From assembly GCA_965214095.1 (NCBI GenBank), contig OZ243938.1, forward strand, positions 4,256,001 through 4,320,000: a stretch of DNA of 64,000 nt, written 5' to 3'. A program made the position numbers and the translations under genes. The stretch comes from Candidatus Poribacteria bacterium (GTDB lineage Bacteria > Poribacteria > WGA-4E > WGA-3G). Of the stretch, positions 48,818 to 59,400 are shown piece after piece; positions within the stretch are counted from its first letter, which is position 1, and each line of letters begins with the position of its first letter. The notes below the pieces were generated by a model. The model did no database searches and was not told the DNA's origin. It was given only the letters and a program-made list of their open reading frames with translations.

Positions 48818-50923
48818 ATGCGCAGCTTTTTTCGCTTTTGGAGCCTGATGGCATTACTCTTAATTCCCGTATGTATTGCATCGGCTGTGACCACATCATT
48901 GTGGGAACAACATCAGAGATCGGATTTTGAATCAGGAGAAATTAAGAAAATTTCTGTTTCAAGCACCGGAGATGCCATGTTATCACGCAAAATTGACGGT
49001 TTCTCAAAAATAGATGAGGCACGTGTCTGGGCACTCGTTGAAGACTCTGAAGGCAATATCTATGCTGGAACAGGCAGCGAAGGCAAAATTTACAAAATAG
49101 ACGCAGACGGTCAAAATTTCTCACTTTATTACGATTCACCTGAAGTAGAAATATATAGTCTTGCTATCGGAGCAGATGATACCCTCTATGCAGGCACAGG
49201 TCCTGATGGGTTGATCTACAAAATTACAGATGAATCTACACCGCCAGAAACCATTCTAAAAGAAGGCGACAAATACGTATGGTCTATGCATCTTGACGAC
49301 GCAGGAAACCTGTTTGCCGCTACGGGTCTTGAAGGCAAAGTATATAAAATTACACCTGACGGCGAAGTCAATGTTCTATTTGATGCTGAAGAAAAGAATA
49401 TCGTTTCTTTAGTCGCTTATGATGGTGGGTTTTATGCTGGTAGTAGCGGAAACGGTATTATCTACAAAATCGGTGAAGATGGAACTGCAAACGTAGTATA
49501 TCAAGCCAAGGAGAAAGATGTACGGAATCTGGTCATGGATAGTAAAGGCAACGTCTATGCTTCATTAATTACATCCGTACCTATTGATAGAAGTAGTAGA
49601 AGTGCACGTCCAAGCAGAGGTCCATCTGTGCCTTCACCACAGGCACCAGGCAGCGGTCCACCCAAGGAAAACAAATCCTTTATTTATCGGATTCACGCCG
49701 ATGGAACAGTTGCCCAAGTATGGAGTTCACCAGAACCGCTGATCTCATCTATTGTTTTGGAAGACGACGATAATCTACTGGTTGGAACCGGAAGCAATGG
49801 CAAATTATTTCGCGTTGAAACAGGTACAGGGGAATTTGCTGAAATTGGCAAATCTTCTTCAAAAGATGTCGTAGGGATATACCAAACAAAGAATTCGGAT
49901 AACATGAAGACGATCCTTGCTGCTGGTAACCCAGGTAAACTCTTCCAGCTTACAGCAGAACATGTTGAGGAAGGCACAATTGAATCTTCTGTTCACAACG
50001 CACAGAGTTTGTCACGTTGGGGTAAACTCTCGTGGGAAGCTGATGTACCAGAAGGTACTTCAATTAGTTTTGCTACTCGTTCAGGTAACACCAGAAAACC
50101 TGATGATACATGGAACGAATGGTCAGATGAACTCATGACACCTGAAGGATCGCAAATTCCCAATGCGGATGCACAATATATCCAATGGCGAGCAAAGTTC
50201 ACTACAACTGATCCTGCCAAATCACCTACACTGAAGAAGGTAATACTCGCATCTGCTCAAACAAATGTTGAGCCACGGTTTACCAGTATTTCTGTAGGCG
50301 CAGCCGGTAGAAGTAGTTCACAACGTCCCTCAGCCGGTCCGCCATCAAGCAGTGCAAGTAGAGGCTCGTCCTCAGCTTCATCACCCAAAAGATGGAAAAT
50401 TGAGTGGAAAGTTGAAGATGTCAATAAGGACACACTACAATTTACCGTTTACTACAAAGGTGTTGATGAAGAAAACTGGCAGCTCCTCAAAAAAGAACTC
50501 GCTGCTCCCAGTTATGATTGGGATATCACCTCAATCGCTGATGGCAGATACAAACTGAAGGTCGTTGCTACCGATAAGCTAAGCAATCCTGTCGGATGGG
50601 AAAAAACTGCCAAGAAAGAAAGTGCACCGTTCAGTATTGATAATACCGATCCGAATGTCGGTGAAATTGAAGTTGAACCAAACGGTGAAGGATTTAAAAT
50701 CACATGTAAGGTCTCGGATATGATGAACACTGTCCAGAAAGCTGTCTATAAGATTGACAACGACGAAAAGTGGAAAGTCATATTCCCAGATGATGGCATC
50801 TTTGATTCCAAAGAAGAGACCTTATTATTAGAAACTGGAAAACTATCCGAAGGTGCTCATAGCATTACAATTCGGGTAACCGATAAAGCACAGAACACTG
50901 CAACTGGTCGTGGAAGTTTCTAA
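48818..50923 (+). CDS. Exported beta-propeller protein with C-terminal Ig/Fn3-like domains
   Basis: Signal peptide; repeated D..GN(I/L)YAGTG..G.IYKI blades; RSGNT..PD.TW..WS; AGGAGG RBS. Confidence 0.7.
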   Translation: MRSFFRFWSLMALLLIPVCIASAVTTSLWEQHQRSDFESGEIKKISVSSTGDAMLSRKIDGFSKIDEARVWALVEDSEGNIYAGTGSEGKIYKIDADGQNFSLYYDSPEVEIYSLAIGADDTLYAGTGPDGLIYKITDESTPPETILKEGDKYVWSMHLDDAGNLFAATGLEGKVYKITPDGEVNVLFDAEEKNIVSLVAYDGGFYAGSSGNGIIYKIGEDGTANVVYQAKEKDVRNLVMDSKGNVYASLITSVPIDRSSRSARPSRGPSVPSPQAPGSGPPKENKSFIYRIHADGTVAQVWSSPEPLISSIVLEDDDNLLVGTGSNGKLFRVETGTGEFAEIGKSSSKDVVGIYQTKNSDNMKTILAAGNPGKLFQLTAEHVEEGTIESSVHNAQSLSRWGKLSWEADVPEGTSISFATRSGNTRKPDDTWNEWSDELMTPEGSQIPNADAQYIQWRAKFTTTDPAKSPTLKKVILASAQTNVEPRFTSISVGAAGRSSSQRPSAGPPSSSASRGSSSASSPKRWKIEWKVEDVNKDTLQFTVYYKGVDEENWQLLKKELAAPSYDWDITSIADGRYKLKVVATDKLSNPVGWEKTAKKESAPFSIDNTDPNVGEIEVEPNGEGFKITCKVSDMMNTVQKAVYKIDNDEKWKVIFPDDGIFDSKEETLLLETGKLSEGAHSITIRVTDKAQNTATGRGSF

Positions 50924-50949
50924 TACTGTGATTTAGAGCAGACAAATTA

Positions 50950-50981
50950 TAGGGCGGGTTTTAGACTCGTCCTATTTTTTT
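50950..50981 (+). terminator. Rho-independent terminator between convergent genes
   Basis: TAGGGCGGGTT-TTA-GACTCGTCCTA followed by a T-run. Confidence 0.6.
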
Positions 50982-52330
50982 GTGACAGCATCAATAGCAC
51001 GGTAGGTAATGTCAAGCAAGGAATTCAACTCTGGAATAGATATATTTAGAGGTGGCATCAAGACGATGGTATTGACAAGAGGTCTGAGAATTGCCCCTTC
51101 AGTAAGTGCTGCTTTGCATACGTTAATACCCATTTTCTCTTCAAAAGTATAAGGAATTGCGTTGTTGGGATCATCCATTATTTCTATGCCTGCAGCCATA
51201 CCGCAAACACGTACATCACCCACATGTGGTAACTTGTAGAACGCCAGCAGACGGTTCCTAAAATGTCTGATTGTTACTTGCAGTCGGTCAAGTAGACGTT
51301 CTCTTTCAAATATCGCTATGTTTTCTAATGCCACTGCACATGCTAACGGATTCCCAGTAAACGTATGACCGTGGAAAAATGTCTTGAGCTCGCTGTATTC
51401 TCCAAGGAAGGCGTTATAGATTTCATCAGTAGTTATCGTTGCTGCAAGTGGCAAATAACCAGCTGCCAATCCTTTCGCTGAACATAAAATGTCTGGTGTA
51501 ACGTTTTCATGTTCACATGCCCACATCTTTCCGGTGCGCCCAAATCCCGTCATCACTTCATCAACAATCAGAAGTGTTTCTCTCCTTTTTGCCAATTCCG
51601 AGAGTTCTTTCAGAAAACCCTTCGGTGAAAGAATCATGCCACCCGCACCTTGTATCAAAGGTTCTAATATGATACCTGCGATTTCTCCTGAGTGATCAGA
51701 AATGGCACGATCCACCGCATTCAACCAACGGGTTTTCGTTATATCTGTAGTAGATTTTGATGGATGATTAGTTTCGGAGTCAGATACACGGATACTTTTG
51801 AAAAGGAGAGAATTATAGGTATGATGAAAACTCTCAATCCCACCGACACTCATAGCACCGACAGTGTCTCCGTGATAGGCTTTATCAAAGTGAATAAAGA
51901 GTTTTCGTTGTGGTTGTCCTTTATGCTGCCAATACTGAAACGCCATCTTCAGCGCGATTTCTACTGCTGTTGAGCCGTTGTCAGAGTAAAAAACTTTGTT
52001 CAGACCAACTGGGGTGATCTCCACAAGTTTCTGTGCAAGTTGAATAGCAGGGATATTACTGTAACCAAGCAGTGTTGAATGGGATATCTTATCTAACTGA
52101 TTCCTAAGTGCAGCATTGAGAGCGGGATGATTATGTCCGTGGACGTTTGTCCACATAGACGCAATTCCATCAATATACCGATTGCCCTCAACATCAAACA
52201 GATAAACACCATCACCACGTTCAATAATAACGGGTTCCTCTGCCAACCAATCATGCATCTGTGTGAAAGGATGCCAGAGATAATCTTTGTCCCAAGCGAT
52301 TAACGTCTCTCTATCCCTTAAGTTTTGCAT
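50972..52330 (-). CDS. bioA: Adenosylmethionine-8-amino-7-oxononanoate aminotransferase
   Basis: WHPFTQ, DNGSTAVEIALKMA, YHGDT.GAMSV, DEVMTGFGRTG, AKG PLP-lysine, FFHGHTFTGNP. Confidence 0.95.
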   Translation of the reverse strand: MQNLRDRETLIAWDKDYLWHPFTQMHDWLAEEPVIIERGDGVYLFDVEGNRYIDGIASMWTNVHGHNHPALNAALRNQLDKISHSTLLGYSNIPAIQLAQKLVEITPVGLNKVFYSDNGSTAVEIALKMAFQYWQHKGQPQRKLFIHFDKAYHGDTVGAMSVGGIESFHHTYNSLLFKSIRVSDSETNHPSKSTTDITKTRWLNAVDRAISDHSGEIAGIILEPLIQGAGGMILSPKGFLKELSELAKRRETLLIVDEVMTGFGRTGKMWACEHENVTPDILCSAKGLAAGYLPLAATITTDEIYNAFLGEYSELKTFFHGHTFTGNPLACAVALENIAIFERERLLDRLQVTIRHFRNRLLAFYKLPHVGDVRVCGMAAGIEIMDDPNNAIPYTFEEKMGINVCKAALTEGAILRPLVNTIVLMPPLNISIPELNSLLDITYRAIDAVTKK

Positions 52331-53603
52331 AGTGAACAGGCTGTTCTAACGCGAGTTCTTCATACGTGCCTTGCTTCGGCACGATAATCTCAAGCATCCT
52401 ATTTTGGTACTTTGAGTAGAAATCCTCAGGCTGTCCTGGGATAGTAAAGATATTTCTGAAACCGTCTGGAAACGAACTGGTACGACCAACGACCTTTTCA
52501 AACCGCGGATCAGCAAATTGCTTGGGGTTTTTTATATCTCTTGGAAGTTGTGTTTGAACAGTCACAACACTTTCTTGAGTAGGCGATGTTTCTGGGGCAT
52601 AAGGGGAACTTAGATAGACTTCATAAGCGTAGTCCGGCATTCTGTCCGGTAACTCAAAGGTCTCTTTAACTGAGGAATTCGGCACCCAACGAGGAAACTC
52701 AATCTCAATACGATAATGATCAGCAAGTTCGGATACACGATTGACCATGCCGTAGCGACGGTAACGTTCTGTGATATCGTCAGAGAATATTGTGCCCTCA
52801 GTTTGAACAGCACCGGGCATTGTTGTTCTCGGCTCTGCAGGTACTTTTACCAAAGCAGAGCGCAGTCCTTTGAGGAGTGGCGTAGCAATGAGCGAAGGGA
52901 ACCATCCGTAAAATGAAGCACCGTAACGTGCTTGTTCAGCATCAGGTGTCGTTGTGAGTTCATCTCTAAAACGAAAAACACCTTCAGCGATGGCTATCAC
53001 TATTCCCAAAAAGAGCATGAGGTTGCCTTGTGAAGAGAAAAGTCCGAAACCGCCTTGCTGCATCCCGATGAAAAAGAGTATAAGCGGATAAAGAATCAAA
53101 TTGATCAAACTGTTGATGCCAGTTGAAATAGCACTACTGAAAACCCATGGATTCCCTGCCATGCCCTCTAACTCCGTCTTAAATCTTGCAGAGAAAGCAC
53201 CGAGCAGCGGTTGTCCGAGCATAGTAATGAAGGCGAAAGGTTGACGTAAAGACGACCCAACAGTATCTGGCAGCTGCACAAATTCTTCAGGGACTCCCTG
53301 TTCTTTCCCTCTCGACTTACCTGCTTCATCAGAATCTCCATCAGCTTTTTCTGGATATTCAAATGTTTCAAAGAATTTACTATTAATATCAATGTATGAT
53401 TCCCACTGACTTGGAACATCGCTTTGCTGATAAATCGCTTCAACGGGACATTCGTCAACACACGCAGCACAGTCTATGCACACGTCAGGGTCAATATAGA
53501 GTTGATTTTCACCGTCAACCGTATGTATACAATCCACAGGACACACAACAACACACGCGGTATCCTTCACATCTACACAAGGTTCACAAATTATATACGC
53601 CAA
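52311..53603 (-). CDS. 7Fe-type ferredoxin fused to a membrane domain and an Hsp20-like C-terminal domain
   Basis: N-terminal CEPCVDVKDTACVVVCPVDCI...CIDCAACVDECPVEAI; central hydrophobic helices; C-terminal FRNIFTIP...YQNRMLEIIVPK. Confidence 0.7.
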   Translation of the reverse strand: MAYIICEPCVDVKDTACVVVCPVDCIHTVDGENQLYIDPDVCIDCAACVDECPVEAIYQQSDVPSQWESYIDINSKFFETFEYPEKADGDSDEAGKSRGKEQGVPEEFVQLPDTVGSSLRQPFAFITMLGQPLLGAFSARFKTELEGMAGNPWVFSSAISTGINSLINLILYPLILFFIGMQQGGFGLFSSQGNLMLFLGIVIAIAEGVFRFRDELTTTPDAEQARYGASFYGWFPSLIATPLLKGLRSALVKVPAEPRTTMPGAVQTEGTIFSDDITERYRRYGMVNRVSELADHYRIEIEFPRWVPNSSVKETFELPDRMPDYAYEVYLSSPYAPETSPTQESVVTVQTQLPRDIKNPKQFADPRFEKVVGRTSSFPDGFRNIFTIPGQPEDFYSKYQNRMLEIIVPKQGTYEELALEQPVHYAKLKG

Positions 53604-53843
53604 TTCTATCTTCCTCCTTTATAGGATACAACAATTATACCACATTAACTTGTAGATAGCAAGTTGAAAAATAGGCAGAACAAAGTTCGGAATTCGCTTC
53701 TACTACGATATTGTGAAACAACTTACACAATAATACTTGAATAACATTTTGAAATTGTGATAAAATTCATTGCAGTAGAAATCTTACATCTACTTCTTCT
53801 CATATTTAATACTTTCCTGATACATGGAGGCATCATAACCAAT

Positions 53844-56459
53844 ATGAAGAAACCTGTATCCTTACTCACATTTATATTAATCACAATACAATTACAAGTT
53901 TTCGGCAGTGGTCCCAGTCCACCTCCACGTGCATTGCCTGATGGTGCAATAAAGCGTATCGGACAAGGACACGGTACCGATTTCGCTTTTTCACCAGATG
54001 GCAATAACATCGCTATTGCCTGCTCAAATATAGGAATTTGGATTCATGATGTGCACACGGGGTTGGAAGTTGAGTTGCTTACAGGACATACGGATGCGGT
54101 TACTTCTGTTGTGTATTCTCCTGATGGTTCAATACTGGCGAGTGGGAGTTACGATAAGACAGTTCGATTGTGGGACACCGACACTTATGAACTACGCGCG
54201 ACGCTTACTGGACATACGGGGGATACCAAAGCATTAGCATTTTCACCTGATGGTAAAACGCTTGCAACAGGGGCAAGTAGAAGCAGCGAAATACGTCAAG
54301 TTAGACCATTTGTGCAAGAAGAAAAGGTAATAGAAGTAATTGATAGTACTATTCGGTTGTGGGACGTTTCTACAGGGAAATACAAGATGACACTAAAAGG
54401 ACATTCAGGATGGATTTCTGATCTGACATTTTCTTCCGATGGTTCAACACTTGCAAGTGCAAGTACAGATCGCACAGTCCGATTATGGGACGGGGGCACT
54501 GGAAAACATAAAAACACTCTCAAAGGACACACCCAAAATGTGGCTTTAGTATTGTTTTCACCAGAAAATAAACGACTCGTAAGTTGGGGGAACGATGCAA
54601 CTGCACGATTGTGGGATACGGATACCGGTAAACAGATAGCACTAATTAGCGACATTCATTATAGATCAGTTATACTTTCACCAGATGGCAGAACCTTAGT
54701 CTGTGGACAAGGTAAAGACAACGGTACAATTCGTTTGTGGGATGCTCAGACTGGAAAACAGAAAGCAGAACTTAACGCACAACTCGGAACAGTCTTCTCA
54801 GTTGCGTTTTCTCATGATGGTTCAAAACTTGTAACCACTGAAGACTGGCAAAATAAGACAATTCGGTCATGGGATTTAAACAGTAACGACTTTCAGACGA
54901 CATTGAAGGGAGATCCACATCTGATACACTCTCCACAGAGACCACATCCAGTCCAAGTTGTTGGGAGATCTGGATGGAATGCACGACTTGAGTACTCTCC
55001 AGATGGAAACACGCTTGCTAGTTGGAGCTTTGATGAAATACGGCTATGGGACGCACAATCAGGAGAGCAGAAAGCAAAGATGTCTTATCCACGGCAGCGC
55101 GAACATCGGTATAGCAAACCTTTTGTCGTCCATTCTTCTGATGGCAATACACTTGTCTGCGGAAACGGAACAACAAAAATATGGATCTTTGATACCGAAA
55201 CTTACAAATTTCGGACCACACTTAATGGACATACAGCACCCATAATTACAGTCGCACTTTCACCGGATGGAACAATGTTTGCAAGTGCAAGTAAAGGTCA
55301 TGCAATAAGACTCTGGGATATTCAGACAGGTAAGCAGCGCGCAACACTTAACGGACATGTGGATGTAATTCACAAGTTAACTTTCTCACCGGATAGAACA
55401 ATGCTGGCAAGTAGTGGTTCGGATAAAACAGTGTATATATGGGATGTCCAAAGTGGTGATGTACTAAGAAGACTGGTAGGACATACAGATGCAGTCAATA
55501 AATTAGTGTTCTCACCTGATGGAGAATCACTTGCAAGTGGGAGTAAAGAGGTTATAGTATGGAATACAATGACAGGAAGAAAAAGGTATGCTGTTGAAGG
55601 TCCCGCATCTATAGCGTTTTCAAAAGATGGGAAAACACTTGTCACTGGAGATGAGTGGGAGATTCACCTATGGGATGCCCTCACAGGAAAACACAAGAAA
55701 ACACTCTCAGGACATCTGGATAAGAGTTGGAGATTAGCATTTTCTCCAGATGGCAAAAATCTCATTAGTAGCGGTGAAACGGTACAGTTGTGGGATGCAA
55801 ACACCGGAAAGAACCTCTCTACCCTCTCTGAAAAATTCGGTATAGGGACATTAGCGTTTTCTGCAGATGGGGTAATTCTCGCTGGAACAAGTGGAGGCAC
55901 AATTGAATTCTGGGATATACCTTTGCATCAACATATAGCTACCCGTAGTGGTCATAGCGAATCTGTCTCGTCATTAGATATTTCACCGAAGGACAGAACT
56001 ATAGCCTCCGCCAGTTATGATGGCACTATTGTTTTATGGCATCCTGTGCATACAAAGGATCAATTTACTCTTACGAAAATCACTCCTTCGTCAAACTCAC
56101 CTAATGTGGGAGATCAATTGACATTCAGTATTGAGATTACAGGAGCAGAAAACGTCGCCGGATACCAGTTAAGTGTGCAGTATGATGATACCACACTAAA
56201 ATATATCTCTTGTGATAATGGAGACTTTCTTCCCGATAACGCTTTCTTTATCCAACCAATACTCCAGAATAATCAGTTGACACTTGCCGCAACTGCACTC
56301 ACAGGAACAGGAAATGGTGACGGAGCACTCGCTACCGTAACATTTGAAGTATTGGATGCTAATCTATTATCCTTGAATATAATAGATTTAATTCTATCTG
56401 ACAAAGACGGTAAGCGAATACGTGCCACAATAAAAAATGAAGAGGAGACTACAGAATGA
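53844..56459 (+). CDS. Exported WD40-repeat protein with C-terminal cohesin-like domain
   Basis: Signal peptide; many GH...FSPDG..LAS...D.TVRLWD repeats; C-terminal VGDQLTF.I.I...NVAGYQ...YD..L...GDFL...G.G.LATVTFEV. Confidence 0.85.
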   Translation: MKKPVSLLTFILITIQLQVFGSGPSPPPRALPDGAIKRIGQGHGTDFAFSPDGNNIAIACSNIGIWIHDVHTGLEVELLTGHTDAVTSVVYSPDGSILASGSYDKTVRLWDTDTYELRATLTGHTGDTKALAFSPDGKTLATGASRSSEIRQVRPFVQEEKVIEVIDSTIRLWDVSTGKYKMTLKGHSGWISDLTFSSDGSTLASASTDRTVRLWDGGTGKHKNTLKGHTQNVALVLFSPENKRLVSWGNDATARLWDTDTGKQIALISDIHYRSVILSPDGRTLVCGQGKDNGTIRLWDAQTGKQKAELNAQLGTVFSVAFSHDGSKLVTTEDWQNKTIRSWDLNSNDFQTTLKGDPHLIHSPQRPHPVQVVGRSGWNARLEYSPDGNTLASWSFDEIRLWDAQSGEQKAKMSYPRQREHRYSKPFVVHSSDGNTLVCGNGTTKIWIFDTETYKFRTTLNGHTAPIITVALSPDGTMFASASKGHAIRLWDIQTGKQRATLNGHVDVIHKLTFSPDRTMLASSGSDKTVYIWDVQSGDVLRRLVGHTDAVNKLVFSPDGESLASGSKEVIVWNTMTGRKRYAVEGPASIAFSKDGKTLVTGDEWEIHLWDALTGKHKKTLSGHLDKSWRLAFSPDGKNLISSGETVQLWDANTGKNLSTLSEKFGIGTLAFSADGVILAGTSGGTIEFWDIPLHQHIATRSGHSESVSSLDISPKDRTIASASYDGTIVLWHPVHTKDQFTLTKITPSSNSPNVGDQLTFSIEITGAENVAGYQLSVQYDDTTLKYISCDNGDFLPDNAFFIQPILQNNQLTLAATALTGTGNGDGALATVTFEVLDANLLSLNIIDLILSDKDGKRIRATIKNEEETTE

Positions 56460-59400
56460 AACCCATGAGAATTCTTGTCATAACCTTTCTGGCACTTATG
56501 GCACTGATACCAATCGTTGGTGCTGAAGATGTTTCTCAATGGTCACTGCCTGAAAATGCTATAGCACGTTTCGGTAAAGGGGTGATATCCGATTTGGCGT
56601 ATTCACCTGATGGTAAGCTGCTTGCAGTATCCACTTATATTGGCATGTGGCTGTTTGATGCAAATAGTGGCAAAGAACTCGCGCTGCTTACTGGGTATTC
56701 GAATGAAGATTTCAAAAGGTTTTCTGGCAATGCGTCACACTATTCCACCCTATCATTCTCACCAGATGGAAAATTACTTACCAGTCCCAGTTGGGATGGC
56801 AAAGTCCGTGTATGGGATGTCCCAACTCGCAAACTTATTGCCACAATCAAGGGGCATCACCGTTCTGCCCTATTTTCTCCAGATGGAAAAACATTAGCAA
56901 TTGATAAAAAACTTTGGGATACACACACTTTCAAAGAAATAAAATTCCTTACAGAAGATCCGACATCAATGCGTGCCCTTGCATTTTCTCCTGATGGGAC
57001 AACACTCATTACCAGTACTGTCAGAGATTCTATTATATTGTGGAATCTAAGAACTGGTGAAAACAAAAGCATTCCTATAGGACATACATCTTACCTCAAT
57101 ACGCTTGGGTTTTCACCAGATGGAGAGATAATTGTGTGCCGTGGGAATAAAGGCAATACTGTAGCTTTGTGGAATACTGCGACTGGGAAACAGATAACCG
57201 ATCTTTCTGGTAATAAGAATGTTGTTAACTCCGTTGCCTATTCTCCTGATGGCGAGACAATTGCCAGTTCTTGTTCTGAAATGATCTGTATATGGGATGC
57301 AAAAACTAAACAACAGATAACGACTTTGCCAAGAAACGGCACGCGATTCAATGAAGTTGAATACACACCTGACGGAAAAACACTTGCAGTTGTAAGGACT
57401 AATGGTGAGATCCAATTGTTTGATGTAAAAACTGGGCAGCTAATACACACCTTAATACAACCACAAACTATATTTACCATGTTACCCTCTCCTGATGGAA
57501 AAATGATTGCTACTGGTGCATTAAGCGATATTATACTATGGGATCTCCACACCAGAAAACCGAAAACTTATCTCATCGGAGACACCGATTTCACCACCCC
57601 CGCACTCTTTTCTCAAAATGGAAAAAACCTGATAGGTATCAGTAGGAGTGAAGATCAAACAAAATTGGATTCATGGGATATTTCAACAGAAAAACGTCAA
57701 GAAACTTTCTCACAGAATGTAAAAGATGTATCCTCAAGTGAACTTTCGACAGATGGTAAGACCTTAGCAATCAATCTCAGAGAAAAGGGAATACAGTTGT
57801 GGGATATAACCACAGGTAAACTTAAGAAAACCCTCTCAACACAGACAGGTGAGTTTGGTACTATGGTATTCTCTCCAGATAATAACCATTTTGTTACAAG
57901 AGATAACCAAAGTACAATTGAACTGTGGGATGCAGTCACTGGAGAACATAAAGTAGTCCTAACCCAACATAGTGGTGGCACAAAAGAATTAGTTTACTCA
58001 AAAGATGGGAAAATGCTTGCTAGTTGTACCGACCACGAGGCACGTTTATGGGATATGCAAACAGAATCTCAACTCCCTACTACTTTCAGCACATCTGGAC
58101 TCATGCCGGGATTTAACGCATTAGCATTATCACCAGATGGAGCCATCCTTGCAAGTGGCAGTTATGATGCAAAAATCCGTATATGGAATACAAAAACTGG
58201 ACGACTCATGGATACTCTCATTGGACATACTGGTGTTATTGAGGAGTTAGTTTTTTTACCGCAGCAGATAAACGAATTAAAAGAAAATAATGAAATCAAC
58301 ATTTCAATACCAAGAGGAACAACCTTAGCAAGTAGAAGTAGAGACGGCACCGTTCTGTTATGGGAGATTAGACCTTATGTTGGAACAGAAGCATCTGTAA
58401 GAGTAATTCCAGACATTATAGAATCCCCAAGTGTCGGTAGGGAGGTGACGGTTAATTTGGATATTGAAGGTGGAGAAAAGGTCAGTGGTTTTCAACTGAC
58501 ACTGGATTATGACCCTGTAGCATTCCAATATGTCTCAAGTAAAAGAGGCACTTTTCTTGCAAATGAAGCGACCTTTGATGTCTCAATAGAACCGTCTTGG
58601 AAAAGTGCTCCAAATCGTGTTAAGCTTGTAAGTTCGTCTTCACCTGATGCTGCAATGAACGGCAATGGAACCCTTGCAAGTGTTACATTTGAAGTTATTG
58701 ACCAGAAAGCATCAACCTTAAGTCTGCCGAGAGCACGTCTTGAAAATCAGGATGGAAGTGTTTCACGTCCTATAGTATTTAGCAGTTCTGTTAGCAAACC
58801 AGCAATAATGAAGGATATCTCTTTAGATACTATGCAATTGGCGTTGCCTGAAGGTGTGAAAGCACGTTTAGGCAGAGGCACAATATATGATATAAAGTTC
58901 TCACCTGATAACACACAACTCGCAGTAGCGAGTTCAATTGGAATTTGGATTTATGACATTAACAATGACGAAGCACAATCACTATTTGCCGATAACGCTG
59001 CCGGTGCTATTAAAATCGCATTCTCACCTGATGGTAAATTTATAGCGAGTAGTTGTTCTGATCGCAGAGTCCGTGTGTGGAATCTAATAAACGGGCAGCT
59101 ACTAAGAGCTTTTGACATCGATCATAGATATAGTAATAACAATGCAATAGCGTTTTCTTCAGATGGACGTACCCTTGCAAATGGAACAACGTTATGGGAT
59201 ATTCATACGGGACAACATAAAAATACCCTAAAGTGGCACCATTCTGATCGCGTACAAGCGATGACTTTTTCACCTGACGGTAAAATGATTGCAACTACGA
59301 CTCGGCGAAGCAATGTTCGATTATGGGATGCTGCTTCTGGACAAGAAATTGCTAAACTGCATGAAGGTGGAGAATATACCTCTCAAAACCACCAAGTAGT

